Source: an uncultured Candidatus Saccharibacteria bacterium (lineage in GTDB: Bacteria > Patescibacteriota > Doudnabacteria > UBA920). From it: a stretch of DNA of 64,000 nucleotides. Below the pieces are notes generated by a model. That model was not told the DNA's origin and searched no databases. It saw nothing but the letters and a program-made list of their open reading frames with translations. Numbering within the stretch: the stretch's first letter is position 1; each line of letters begins with the position of its first letter. Position numbers and translations under genes: made by a program. Shown piece by piece: positions 19,339 through 29,480 of this stretch. The stretch is taken from the NCBI GenBank assembly GCA_964505635.1, contig CAZDIP010000002.1:37736-101735 (forward strand), written 5' to 3'.

Positions 19339-20181
19339 TTATTCTGCTGTGGGGGTGCTAGTTACACCATTTACTTCTACCCACAAATCACAGCCAAAAA
19401 TTTTGTGTTCGTTCTCTATTGGCTGAGTATATTCAGACGGATTAGCTTCCGGATTAACACCTTTTACAAAGTTTTCCCAATCCTGAGCGCAGTAGCCGCC
19501 AAAGCACGGCACAGCCAGGTCTATTACCCAGTTGTCAGTTGTGTCATTTGGTTTAGACACAGTTCCGCCGACATCTGTCCAATCAATTGTCTGATTTTGT
19601 GCATCCAATACCCAAGGTTTATGGAAAGACGCCAATGCTCCATCTTCGTAAGTTAAAGGTTCTCTGGAAACAATTTCAGAATGCTTGGACAAATACGGGC
19701 AAAGATTTGGTAAAACACCCCAAACCGCCTGAGAAAGTTCAGCATTTTCAGTTGGGGTTACAGGTCTTGTACCGCAATCAACATAGACATTATCTGCCTG
19801 TTCAACTGTTTCTGTGGCTGGATTATCACCAAACTTTATATGACCTGTCGCAGTGTATTCATGTCCATAAAAAGTCTGTCCATCCGGGCTGGTCAAAGCA
19901 CATTTTGGCTTTTGGCGGATAAAATAACTTACCGTGTCAACTCGATTTTGGTCATCAGCCAAAAACGAACCTGACAAAGTCACAGCTAAAGGCTTTTCCA
20001 GTTTTTCCTGCGGAAAAACCGTGCCGAATTCTATAAAATCAATCGGCACATTCAAAGCATTTTCTATCCTGGCCGTTACGTTTATAACGTGCGCTTCAAA
20101 AGCGCTGAAGGCCGCGGCGCCGGCGACTATTACGCCCAAGGTACCTAGCGAAAGTGTAATTCTATTTAGTATTTTTTTCAT
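19339..20181 (-). CDS. Secreted AFEAH-family protein (candidate major subunit)
   Basis: Paralog of 17690-19126 without the VWA domain; GGAGG SD; first gene of the operon. Confidence 0.85.
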   Translation of the reverse strand: MKKILNRITLSLGTLGVIVAGAAAFSAFEAHVINVTARIENALNVPIDFIEFGTVFPQEKLEKPLAVTLSGSFLADDQNRVDTVSYFIRQKPKCALTSPDGQTFYGHEYTATGHIKFGDNPATETVEQADNVYVDCGTRPVTPTENAELSQAVWGVLPNLCPYLSKHSEIVSREPLTYEDGALASFHKPWVLDAQNQTIDWTDVGGTVSKPNDTTDNWVIDLAVPCFGGYCAQDWENFVKGVNPEANPSEYTQPIENEHKIFGCDLWVEVNGVTSTPTAE

Positions 20182-20604
20182 AGTTATTCCCTCCGCATAA
20201 ACATTTTACAAATGCTAAATGTTTATGGGATTAATTATTTTTTCTTTTACTTTAATGTTCGGTGCCCAAAAATTGGAACTATTGCGCCCCCCTCTTGGAA
20301 GCACATCCCCTTGCTCCCAAGATGGGGGCCTGGGAACATTAAAATTATGCATTACTGCCGCTTGGCGGCCTCGACCTTTTTAATGCATGCCCTTTCCCAT
20401 AAAGATTTAAAATTTATGGTTTATGGAAAAAAGCGCAAATTAAAAAACCAAGCTAAAAGCTTGGGTCCTACATAGGGCTCAGGTTGTGTTTTAAACAATG
20501 TCCCTGAATTGGTTTCATAAGTTTTGTTTTGGTAAATAAAAAAGTCATTTTTTTCAAAATGGCCCGGAAATGACTATAAAATTTTGTTTTTATTATCCAC
20601 TACC

Positions 20605-20633
20605 AGTATAGTCAGCCATTTATTCAAACGCAA
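20605..20633 (-). promoter_or_regulatory. Sigma70-type promoter for the surface-protein operon
   Basis: TTGCGT-N17-TATACT on the minus strand, about 420 nt upstream of the 20181 start. Confidence 0.5.
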
Positions 20634-20962
20634 GTCAATTTTTTCCCTTAATTTTAAGGCGCTATGTGGATAATCTGTTGAGTATAAAGAGGTTTAATTG
20701 GGGAAAAACAGCCTGCTGCTTCCCTGCCTAAAAACAGCAGGCTGCCAAAACCCGAGAATTAGCTCTAAAAACCGTAAATACTAGTTATTTTCTTCATTAC
20801 TGTTACAATTAATCCTATTTAATAAATCGTTTAATGCTTGCATGCATTATATAACGCGTAATAAATAAAAATGTTGCTCTTAAATTTTTATGTACAAAGA
20901 AAAGCGGCCCACACCCCCGAAAGGATGTGAGCCGCCGCCGTGTTCGCCCGGTTAGGGGCGCT

Positions 20963-21529
20963 TTAGGCTTGGTTGTTGCGATTGCTGCGAAGTCGCCCGA
21001 TCGCGATCAGCGAGAGGCCGATGAAGGCGAGCGCGGCGGTGTAGGGTTCAGGAACATCTTGATCTGGTACCCTATCGCCATACAAACGAAACTGCATGTT
21101 CGCGTTGGCGTTGGTTGCAGTACCAGCAAAAACAGCCGAAACCGCAACATTGAAGTTGCTTTGGAAATTGGCCACATAGTCAACCACCGAGATGGCGATT
21201 TGACCTGTTGATCCGTTGAGCGGCCGGTTCACATCGTTGACCACGAGACCGCTCAAATCCCACGGCAGCAATGGCGAATCCAGAGCGAAGGTCGCTGACC
21301 CGGGCGGATTGAAGGGGTCATATGTCACATCCAACGCGTAGTTGAGCTCAATGGTCAAATTCGTAAACCCGACCGCTGAACCCAGCCCGGTGCAAGTCGT
21401 TGAACCATTCGGAGGCACGTTGGTAGCTGTGCAGGAAGACGACGAGATCATCGCTCCTTGCGCCGGAAGAGCAAGTGTCGCGACGGCCATGAGAAGGCCC
21501 GCGAGAAACGAACACACTTTCTTACGCAA
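20963..21529 (-). CDS. PEP-CTERM sorting domain protein
   Basis: Signal peptide; C-terminal VPEPYT + TM + RLR; GC-rich. Confidence 0.88.
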   Translation of the reverse strand: MRKKVCSFLAGLLMAVATLALPAQGAMISSSSCTATNVPPNGSTTCTGLGSAVGFTNLTIELNYALDVTYDPFNPPGSATFALDSPLLPWDLSGLVVNDVNRPLNGSTGQIAISVVDYVANFQSNFNVAVSAVFAGTATNANANMQFRLYGDRVPDQDVPEPYTAALAFIGLSLIAIGRLRSNRNNQA

Positions 21530-21859
21530 TCTTTTTTCCTCTTATATTTTTTTCACGAGCAAGCCATCAGCCTGCCCGACGAAACTTTGACCTAAGGGCA
21601 TGGATATCCATGTCTGCCCTCAAATCAAAACAGTCGCCCGAAGGCGGCTGTTTTTGTTTGCGTATACATACTATAATATATTTTTTTAAAAAAAGCAAGT
21701 AGTTTGTATAAATTTTTATGGCTTATTTATGCCTTTTTAAAGGCTCACATGGACTGAGCCTTTAAAAAATCCAAAAAAAATAAAAGCAGCTCCCTAGAAT
21801 CCTTTGTCAGGACCTAAGGAGCCGCAGAGTGCGCTAGTCTGCCTTCTTGTTAGAAGACG

Positions 21860-22555
21860 CTAGCTATTACGGGTAGGGCGACGGAGCCGCCAGTGGGCTC
21901 CAAGAGCGAAAAGTGAAGCGCCGATAACGGCGAAAGTGCCGGGCTCCGGCACACCTTCGTCGTTTGGGGGTGGCACGGTGGCCACCACCGGCTGAGTTCC
22001 AAACCCCAGCGCCACGTACGTCAAAGTCGTGTCCACCGTTGCGCCTGGGATATTGTAAACCAACTGAACTGAGCCCTGAGCGAACGGGTTATGAGGCCCG
22101 TTCCCCAAAATGGATGCATTCCCGGTGTACACGCCGCCCGGGCCGGGTTGACCAATGAGCACATCGTCCGGTCCCGAAGACCCAAGCGCGGTCGTGAGAA
22201 ACCCAGGCCCGGACTGGTACCAGTCCGGATTTCCCAAGACAACGACGAAGGTGCCATCGCTGGCTACGTCTATCATGGTACCAGTGACAGACGAGAGCGT
22301 GCCCACCAGGCCGCCCAAGACCGTGAAGTTCAGTTGCGAAACGCCGCCCATGACGCTGGGCGGATCAGCCAAGTTGTTCGTCAACGACAACGTCAACGTG
22401 TTCGCGCTGAACGTGTAGTTGATTGTCACGTCCTGCGCCTGCCCACCGACCGTTTGGGTGAAGTTGATCGTTGCCGCCTGTGCCGGCAAAGACGCCAGCA
22501 ACAGGAAGACGATGATTACGGCCATCGCCAGCCGCTTGCCCTTATGCTTTCGCAT
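21860..22555 (-). CDS. PEP-CTERM sorting domain protein
   Basis: Signal peptide; VPEPGT + TM + RLRR; GAAGGAGG SD. Confidence 0.9.
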   Translation of the reverse strand: MRKHKGKRLAMAVIIVFLLLASLPAQAATINFTQTVGGQAQDVTINYTFSANTLTLSLTNNLADPPSVMGGVSQLNFTVLGGLVGTLSSVTGTMIDVASDGTFVVVLGNPDWYQSGPGFLTTALGSSGPDDVLIGQPGPGGVYTGNASILGNGPHNPFAQGSVQLVYNIPGATVDTTLTYVALGFGTQPVVATVPPPNDEGVPEPGTFAVIGASLFALGAHWRLRRPTRNS

Positions 22556-22677
22556 TAGGCCTCCTTCAAACTAACACGATTTGCCGCTTGCCTCCGGGCA
22601 GACTCGAGTTCTGCATACCCTGCCCAGAAGGCAAACAAAAGCTGCCTCTTGTTAGAAAACAGCCTTAAAGCATGTAA

Positions 22678-22743
22678 ATTATACATAATTATAAACAAAA
22701 AATCAATCCTTGCCTTGACTAAGCGGCTCACATAAGTTACAAT
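22678..22743. promoter_or_regulatory. Back-to-back sigma70 promoters for the divergent PEP-CTERM genes
   Basis: Minus: TTGATT(22706-22701)-N17-TATAAT(22683-22678); plus: TTGACT(22715)-N17-TACAAT(22738-22743). Confidence 0.7.
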
Positions 22744-22852
22744 ATAACGTTCAAAAAGGAGGAAACTAGCGAAATCTAGGAACTCGTTTTTGTCGTTCTG
22801 CCCCGCAGCGAGCAGGGCATACCAGAAACCAGAAAAAACAGGAGACACTCAA

Positions 22853-23686
22853 ATGAAGGCTTTTGCCTTTTTTATTTCTGTACTCGCGCTGGCGGTCACG
22901 CTCAGTGCTGCGCCTACAATCATGGTGGAAACCACCCTGGCACCCAATGCGTTTGGAAGCCCAAGCTATCCGGCCTGGGAAACCAACGCGGTCAACGCTA
23001 TGATTGGCGGCCTTACGAGCAATGGGACACCCGGCACCCCCACGTACTTCCAAACCCTGGGAGGACCCGTTCCGGCCTCCTGGTTGACTGTGACGTCCTT
23101 CCCATCCTGGCTCGGAACCGCCGACCCAGGAACTACCTTCGGACCGGCATTTGCAAGTGAACTCGGTAACAGAGGCGCGTTCCCACTCTACATCAACGGC
23201 AACGGAACACAATTCTCCATCAGCCAGCTCGCCTTCAACGCATTCAGCACCGACCCCGGCAATCTGCTCGGGTTCAGCTTTGCGGTTGGTTCGTACAACT
23301 ACGGAACTGGCTACGTCGGTATTCTGAAGGGTGGTGACAACACCCTCGGAACCGGTGACGACACCTTCATTACCGCCGGTCCCAATACGCAGATGGTCGA
23401 TGCACTTGCCGGAAGGGGAAGCGGCAACGCGCTCTGGCCGTGTGGACCGGGGGATCTCTCCCCCTGCGCCACAACCGCGGAACGCCAAGCTGCAATCGAT
23501 AGCATGGCAGCTAATATGGCAGGCTACTCCTTCACGGGCACCTACACGCTGATGGGTGCGACTGGCGGCGAGCTCGCAAGTGCGAGCGCAACCATCTACA
23601 CCGACGGAGAGGTTCCCGAGCCAGCCACTATGGGACTCATCGGTACCGCGCTCATCGGCCTCGCTCTGGTGCGCCGCCGCTCCTAA
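22853..23686 (+). CDS. PEP-CTERM sorting domain protein
   Basis: AGGAG SD before ATG 22853, signal peptide MKAFAFFISVLALAVTLSA, C-terminal VPEPATMGLIGTALIGLALVRRRS. Confidence 0.92.
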   Translation: MKAFAFFISVLALAVTLSAAPTIMVETTLAPNAFGSPSYPAWETNAVNAMIGGLTSNGTPGTPTYFQTLGGPVPASWLTVTSFPSWLGTADPGTTFGPAFASELGNRGAFPLYINGNGTQFSISQLAFNAFSTDPGNLLGFSFAVGSYNYGTGYVGILKGGDNTLGTGDDTFITAGPNTQMVDALAGRGSGNALWPCGPGDLSPCATTAERQAAIDSMAANMAGYSFTGTYTLMGATGGELASASATIYTDGEVPEPATMGLIGTALIGLALVRRRS

Positions 23687-23719
23687 GCTGCATCAACGGA
23701 GATTTCGCTCAACCAACAC

Positions 23720-23755
23720 AAAAGGCCGGACGCCCAACAAGCGCCCGGCCTTTTT
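23720..23755 (+). terminator. Intrinsic terminator
   Basis: aaaaggccgg...ccggcctttt hairpin followed by a T-run. Confidence 0.75.
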
Positions 23756-23795
23756 ACAACAAACAACACACAAAGAACAAAGCCACCCTTTCCCC

Positions 23796-23823
23796 CACTA
23801 TATTACTAGATAGTAATATAGTG
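23796..23823. repeat. 28-bp palindrome, copy 2 (abuts the stop codon of the TrpR-like gene)
   Basis: Exact copy of 19168-19195. Confidence 0.95.
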
Positions 23824-24315
23824 CTATTGATCCAACATCTTCTTTGCCGAATTTTCCGAATATTTTTTTAAAAGCTTTTTGTCCAAAGCTGCTATCCCCG
23901 CCTTTAACAAAACGCCGGCTACTGTCTTACGCTTCGTTTTGTTTAAAACTGGATTTTCAAAACTCTTTATAATTTCTCTTTGCTTTTTTAACTTAGCTCC
24001 GGCTAAACGTTCTAGGCTTTCATAAGCCTTACGTAGACCGTCGCCTTTTTCCATTAGAATATTATTAATTTTAGCGACTGTGCTGGGTGTAACTTTTACT
24101 TCTTGTTGAATTTGTTCGTAACTCTGGCCGCTTAAAAGCCTGTGGGAAATTTCCAAACGTTTAGCGAACATTTTATATTCCGTATGAGTAAATAAATCCT
24201 TAAACAACAACCTAATATCTTCTTTACTGTTTAATACAGTAAAAACCGCCCATAAATTGTTTATATACAGGCCAAATTCTTTGGGATCCAATTTTCTCCT
24301 GGAAATTTTTGTCAT
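23824..24315 (-). CDS. TrpR-like (YerC/YecD family) repressor
   Basis: DLFT.TE..M.AKRLEI...L..G.SYEQI.....V...TVAKI...L. Confidence 0.85.
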   Translation of the reverse strand: MTKISRRKLDPKEFGLYINNLWAVFTVLNSKEDIRLLFKDLFTHTEYKMFAKRLEISHRLLSGQSYEQIQQEVKVTPSTVAKINNILMEKGDGLRKAYESLERLAGAKLKKQREIIKSFENPVLNKTKRKTVAGVLLKAGIAALDKKLLKKYSENSAKKMLDQ

Positions 24316-24317
24316 AC

Positions 24318-24345
24318 CACTATATTACTAGATAGTAATATAGTG
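24318..24345. promoter_or_regulatory. 28-bp palindrome, copy 3: putative operator within the TrpR-like gene promoter
   Basis: On the minus strand it overlaps TTGACA-N16-TAATAT-N6-ATG. Confidence 0.8.
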
Positions 24346-24437
24346 TCAAGCTTCAAGCCTATGTAATATGTGCAGCAAATCGGAAAACTAAAACACCGTC
24401 TTTCAGACAATGCTAAACGGTGTTTTGGCTTTAACGC

Positions 24438-27284
24438 TTATAAAATCTTTTTTAAATACTGCCCGGTGTAACTGGCTTTAACTTTGGCCACGTCTTCGGG
24501 CGTGCCTATTGCCACCAGCTCCCCGCCCTTGTCCCCGCCTTCGGGGCCTAAGTCTATTAGCCAGTCCGCGGTTTTAATCATATCCAAATTATGTTCAATT
24601 ACGACCACGCTGTTGCCTTTGTCCACCAATTTGTTTAAAACATGCACCAGGCGTTTAACGTCCGCAAAGTGCAGCCCGGTAGTCGGCTCGTCCAGCAAAT
24701 ACAAAGTCCGACCCGTGCTGGCGCGCGAAAGTTCGGTGGCCAATTTAATCCTCTGCGCTTCCCCGCCGGACAAAGTCGTGGCATTTTGCCCAAGGCGCAT
24801 ATAGCCCAGCCCCACCTGCGACAAAGTTTCCAATTTTCTATAAAGCAAAGGCAGGCTGGCAAAAAAAGCCTTGGCTTCGTCCACGGTCATTTCCAAAACA
24901 TCGGAAATGGTTTTGCCTTTATAATGGATTTCCAAAGCCTCGCGGTTATAACGCTTGCCGTTGCAGTCTTCGCAGGTTATGTAAACGTCGGGCAGAAAAT
25001 TCATCTCTACTTTTATTACCCCGTCGCCAGCGCACTTTTCACACCTGCCGCCTTTGACATTAAAGCTAAAGCGCCCCGCCTGATAGCCGCGCATTTTAGC
25101 TTCTTTGGTTTCCGCATACAGCTCGCGGATAGGTGTAAATAAACCCGTGTAGGTAGCCGGGTTGGAACGCGGCGTGCGGCCTATGGGACTTTGGTCTATG
25201 TTAATAACCTTGTCTAAATGGTCTATGCCCAAAAGTTTTTTGTGCCTGCCCGGTTCTTCCTTGCTGTTATAAAAATATTTATACAGCGCCCGAGCCAAAA
25301 TGTCGTTAAACAAAGTAGACTTGCCCGAGCCGGAAACGCCGGTTACGCACACCAGCTTGCCCAAAGGGATTTCCACATTTAAATTTTTTAGGTTAAATTC
25401 TTCGGCGCCGAAAATCTGCAATTTTTTACCGTTGCCGGGGCGGCGGCGCTTGGGAGTTTCTATAAATTCCTTGCCGGACAAATACTGACCGGTCAAACTT
25501 TTTTGGCTTTTTTCTATGTCTTTGGGGCTGCCCTCAGCCACCAGTTCACCGCCATGCTTGCCCGCACCCGGGCCTATGTCTACCACCCAGTCCGCTTCCC
25601 GAATAGTTTCCTCATCATGCTCCACCACAATTACGGTATTACCCAAATCCCTTAAATCTTTTAAAGTTTTTAGCAATTTGCCGTTATCGCGCTGGTGCAG
25701 CCCAATGGAGGGCTCGTCTAAAATATAGAGCACGCCGGTTAAACCGCTGCCAATTTGAGTCGCAAGGCGTATGCGCTGCGCTTCCCCGCCTGACAAAGTG
25801 TCCGCGGTTCTGTCCAAAGACAAATAGGACAAGCCTACGTTTAGCAAAAACGACAAACGCGCGTTGATTTCCTTTAAAACCTGTTTGGCAATGCTTAAAT
25901 CCTTTTGCGAAAGTTTTTTTACAAGCTCTTCAAAAAATTTAAACGCCGCTTCTATGCTCTGGCCGGAAACTTCCACAATACCCTTGTCTCCCACGGTCAC
26001 GGCCAAAACTTCCGGCTTTAGCCTTTTGCCCTGGCAGGTTTGGCACTGGCGGACGCGCATATAATTTTCTATTTCTCCGCGCATATATTCGGAATCGGTC
26101 TCGCGGTAACGCCGCTCTAAATTTGGGATTACGCCTTCAAACACGGTGTTCATTTCAAACTCTCCGTCTCCGCTGCGAAACTCGCCGGATACGCGGATCT
26201 TTTTTTCCCCGGTACCGCGCAAAACCACCTCCAAAAATTTTTTTGGCAAATCTTTCACCGGCGTATTAACCGAAAACCCATACTCTTTCGCCACGGCTTC
26301 CAAAATCCTGGCATACCACGACAAACGGGAAGTAGTTTTGCTCCAGGGCCTGACCGCGCCTTCCGCCAAAGTCAATTTTTGGTTAGGGATTACCAAATCC
26401 GGCTCCACTGTCAGCTTGGTGCCCAGACCCTTGCAGTCTGTGCAGGCGCCATGGGGACTGTTAAAGGAAAAATCCCTCGGATCAAGCTCGGATAACTGGA
26501 TGTGGCCGTCCGGACAGGCAAAATGCTGGGAAAGCACCACGTCCGAAAAATTATTTTTCTCTTCCATTCTAACGGCATACACCACCCCGTCGCCCAAATC
26601 CAAAGCTTTTTCCAGACTCTCGCTAATCCTGCCCCGGTCTTCCTTGCTCACCAAAAGCCTGTCCACCACCACCTCTATAGAATGCTTCTTTTGCTTGTCC
26701 AGACGCAAATTCTGAGCCTCGTTTAAATCCATAACCGTGCCATCCACCCTGACCCGGGCAAAGCCCGCCTTTTTTACCTGCTCAAAAATATGCCTGTGTT
26801 CGCCTTTCTGGTCTTTTATAAAAGGCGCCAAAAGCATGAGTTTGGTGTTTAGAGGCAAATTTAAAAGTTGATCCACCATGGCGGAAATGGTTTGGCCCTG
26901 GATTTTTTTGCCGCAAACCGGGCAATGAGGCACGCCAATGCGCGCCCACAAAAGCCTCATGTAGTCGTAAATTTCAGTGACCGTTCCCACCGTGCTGCGA
27001 GGATTGTGGCTGGCGGATTTCTGGTCAATGGAAATAGCCGGCGAAAGGCCTTCTATTTTGTCCACGTCCGGCTTGTCCATAAGGCCTATAAACTGCCTTG
27101 CGTAGGCAGACAGGCTTTCCACATAACGGCGCTGGCCTTCGGCGTAAATGGTGTCAAAAGCCAATGAAGATTTGCCGCTGCCCGACAAACCGGTTAAAAC
27201 CACCAGCTTGTTTCTTGGCAAATCTACGTCAATATTTTTTAAATTATGCATCCGCGCTCCGCGGATGGAAATAACATCTTTCAT
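24438..27284 (-). CDS. uvrA: Excinuclease ABC subunit A
   Basis: Two Walker A motifs ([18 protein letters not shown]), zinc fingers, LSGGEAQRI twice. Confidence 0.99.
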   Translation of the reverse strand: MKDVISIRGARMHNLKNIDVDLPRNKLVVLTGLSGSGKSSLAFDTIYAEGQRRYVESLSAYARQFIGLMDKPDVDKIEGLSPAISIDQKSASHNPRSTVGTVTEIYDYMRLLWARIGVPHCPVCGKKIQGQTISAMVDQLLNLPLNTKLMLLAPFIKDQKGEHRHIFEQVKKAGFARVRVDGTVMDLNEAQNLRLDKQKKHSIEVVVDRLLVSKEDRGRISESLEKALDLGDGVVYAVRMEEKNNFSDVVLSQHFACPDGHIQLSELDPRDFSFNSPHGACTDCKGLGTKLTVEPDLVIPNQKLTLAEGAVRPWSKTTSRLSWYARILEAVAKEYGFSVNTPVKDLPKKFLEVVLRGTGEKKIRVSGEFRSGDGEFEMNTVFEGVIPNLERRYRETDSEYMRGEIENYMRVRQCQTCQGKRLKPEVLAVTVGDKGIVEVSGQSIEAAFKFFEELVKKLSQKDLSIAKQVLKEINARLSFLLNVGLSYLSLDRTADTLSGGEAQRIRLATQIGSGLTGVLYILDEPSIGLHQRDNGKLLKTLKDLRDLGNTVIVVEHDEETIREADWVVDIGPGAGKHGGELVAEGSPKDIEKSQKSLTGQYLSGKEFIETPKRRRPGNGKKLQIFGAEEFNLKNLNVEIPLGKLVCVTGVSGSGKSTLFNDILARALYKYFYNSKEEPGRHKKLLGIDHLDKVINIDQSPIGRTPRSNPATYTGLFTPIRELYAETKEAKMRGYQAGRFSFNVKGGRCEKCAGDGVIKVEMNFLPDVYITCEDCNGKRYNREALEIHYKGKTISDVLEMTVDEAKAFFASLPLLYRKLETLSQVGLGYMRLGQNATTLSGGEAQRIKLATELSRASTGRTLYLLDEPTTGLHFADVKRLVHVLNKLVDKGNSVVVIEHNLDMIKTADWLIDLGPEGGDKGGELVAIGTPEDVAKVKASYTGQYLKKIL

Positions 27285-27484
27285 AATTAACACTTAAAAA
27301 ATCAAAATGGAAAATTTATGAAGTTTTTGCAAAATAACAACACCTAAATTTTTCATTTCTCTATTTCAATTTTGAATTTATAAACAAACTAGTGACCATT
27401 CTACCATAAAAGTCAAGAAGCTACAAGGCTATTGGCACAGGCAATAAAATAGACTCTCTTTACCGGCTCTTATATAATTATGTT

Positions 27485-29386
27485 ATGAATTTAAAAACTG
27501 AGGCTTTAAATCTTAAATCCAAAATCAACAGCTTTCCTTCCTCTCCCGGCGTTTACCGCTTTTTAAACAAGGACAACGACGTTTTGTACATTGGCAAAGC
27601 CAAAAATTTGCGCGCGCGGGTAAAACAGTATTTTCAAAACCATGACGAACGCCCGCAAATTCCTTTTTTAATTGCCGAAGCCAAAAACATTGACTATACA
27701 GTGGTAAAAAATGAATTGGAAAGCCTCTACCTAGAGCGCACCTTAATTCAAAAAGACAAGCCTAAATATAATATTCAATTAAGAGACGATAAATCTTACA
27801 CTTTTATTGCGTTTGATTATTCCACAGAAATTCCTCAAATACTCATAACCCGCAGGCTGGGTGATAATAAATTTGAACAAAGACAATTCCGTGATGAAAA
27901 ATCCTCATCTTCCGCTGCCCACCCCTCACTGTTCACTAACCACTATTTCGGCCCCTACGCTGCCGCCTACAAAGTACGTGAACTTTTAAAAACCGTGCGC
28001 TACATTTTTCCCTACTGCACCAACAACAAAATTTCCCAAAAACCATGTTTTTACTATCACCTGCACCGCTGTCCAGGCGTTTGCATTGCCCAAATTTCTT
28101 TGGAAGAATATAAACAGCACTTGGAAAAAATCAAATTATTTTTAAAAGGCGATGTCAAAACTGTAAAAAAACAGCTGCAAAATGAAATGCGGGCAGCCAG
28201 CCAAAAAAAACTTTTTGAAAAAGCCGCGAGATTCAGAAACCAGCTTAAGGCTTTGGAAATAGTGGAAAACAAACAAAGCGTGATTATTCCTAAAAAAGTG
28301 GCCTGGGACGTAATTGGCTCCAAACAAACGAATAATAATATTTGCGTTACGCTCTTAAAAGTCAGGGAAGGAAAATTAACAGATAAAGAAAACTTTATAT
28401 ACACCGATCCGAACCTGCGAATGAATCCGAATGACCCGAAAATTTTAGAAAAATTTTTAGAGGACTACTATTTACAAACCAGCGACCCTCCTCAAAAAAT
28501 CTACTTGCCAAACAAAGTAGATAATTCAAATTTAATTGGACAAGTATTAAAAGAACGCTTTGAAAAAAAAGTCCAAATTATTCAGGCCACCCAAAAGCAG
28601 CCGCTGAATTTGATAAAAATTGCGCGAGACAATGCTTACGAATATTTAAGGCAGGAAGAAATAAAAAACGCGGGCGATTTGGACAAAATAAACGCCGCGC
28701 TACAGCAGTTAAAAGACATACTGAATTTGCCGGCTACGCCAAAACGCATAGAATGCTACGACATTTCCAATATTCAAGGAACTAACGCGGTTGGCAGCAT
28801 GGTGGTTTTTGTTGATGGCAAGCCTTTAAAAGGCCAATACAGAAAATTCAAAATTCGGGGAAAAAACACGCCTGACGACTTTGCCATGATGCGCGAAATG
28901 CTTTCGCGCCGAATGGCACGTTCGTTAAATGATAAAGGCCAAATGTCAGCCGTCAATTATTGGCCCATGCCGGATTTGCTTGTTATTGACGGCGGCAAAG
29001 GCCAGCTCTCTGCAGCGATTGAAATACTTACAGCTTACAACTTACAACTCACAATTCCAGTCATCGGGCTTGCTAAGCGAATAGAAGAAATTTTTGTGCC
29101 AAACAACCCAGTGCCAATAGTTTTGAGCCACGACCAGCCTGCCCTGCAACTACTCCAGCGCCTGCGCGACGAAGCTCACCGTTTTGGCATAACATTTCAC
29201 AGGCAGCTTAGAAGCAAACAGGCCGTAAAATCCGCCTTAGATGAAATTCCCGGTTTGGGGCCAAAGACTAAAAAACTTCTAAAGCAAAAAGTTGGCACGG
29301 TGGCCGATATAAAAAAGACAAGTTTGGAACAGTTGGCAAAAATTACAGGCCAAAAAATGGCGGAAAAAATAAAACAGCTCCTTTAA
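27485..29386 (+). CDS. uvrC: Excinuclease ABC subunit C
   Basis: GVY..YIGKA GIY-YIG domain, ECYDIS, DGGKGQ, RDEAHRF, HhH. Confidence 0.97.
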   Translation: MNLKTEALNLKSKINSFPSSPGVYRFLNKDNDVLYIGKAKNLRARVKQYFQNHDERPQIPFLIAEAKNIDYTVVKNELESLYLERTLIQKDKPKYNIQLRDDKSYTFIAFDYSTEIPQILITRRLGDNKFEQRQFRDEKSSSSAAHPSLFTNHYFGPYAAAYKVRELLKTVRYIFPYCTNNKISQKPCFYYHLHRCPGVCIAQISLEEYKQHLEKIKLFLKGDVKTVKKQLQNEMRAASQKKLFEKAARFRNQLKALEIVENKQSVIIPKKVAWDVIGSKQTNNNICVTLLKVREGKLTDKENFIYTDPNLRMNPNDPKILEKFLEDYYLQTSDPPQKIYLPNKVDNSNLIGQVLKERFEKKVQIIQATQKQPLNLIKIARDNAYEYLRQEEIKNAGDLDKINAALQQLKDILNLPATPKRIECYDISNIQGTNAVGSMVVFVDGKPLKGQYRKFKIRGKNTPDDFAMMREMLSRRMARSLNDKGQMSAVNYWPMPDLLVIDGGKGQLSAAIEILTAYNLQLTIPVIGLAKRIEEIFVPNNPVPIVLSHDQPALQLLQRLRDEAHRFGITFHRQLRSKQAVKSALDEIPGLGPKTKKLLKQKVGTVADIKKTSLEQLAKITGQKMAEKIKQLL

Positions 29387-29480
29387 ATAATTTCCCTGCC
29401 CCTCTTTGATCCCTTGACTAAATTAGGCAATCTTTGTACAATAATCGGGACTTTAAAAAACCAACCAATCTAATCAAAAC

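Noticed and set aside
20212-20475. 87-aa plus-strand ORF
   Set aside because: Lies antisense in the structured leader of the surface operon, with no SD or motif.
20900-22660. Integron cassettes (CTAAC/GTTAG words near the PEP-CTERM genes)
   Set aside because: No proper RYYYAAC...GTTRRRY attC pairs, the genes are divergent with their own promoters, and no integrase is present.
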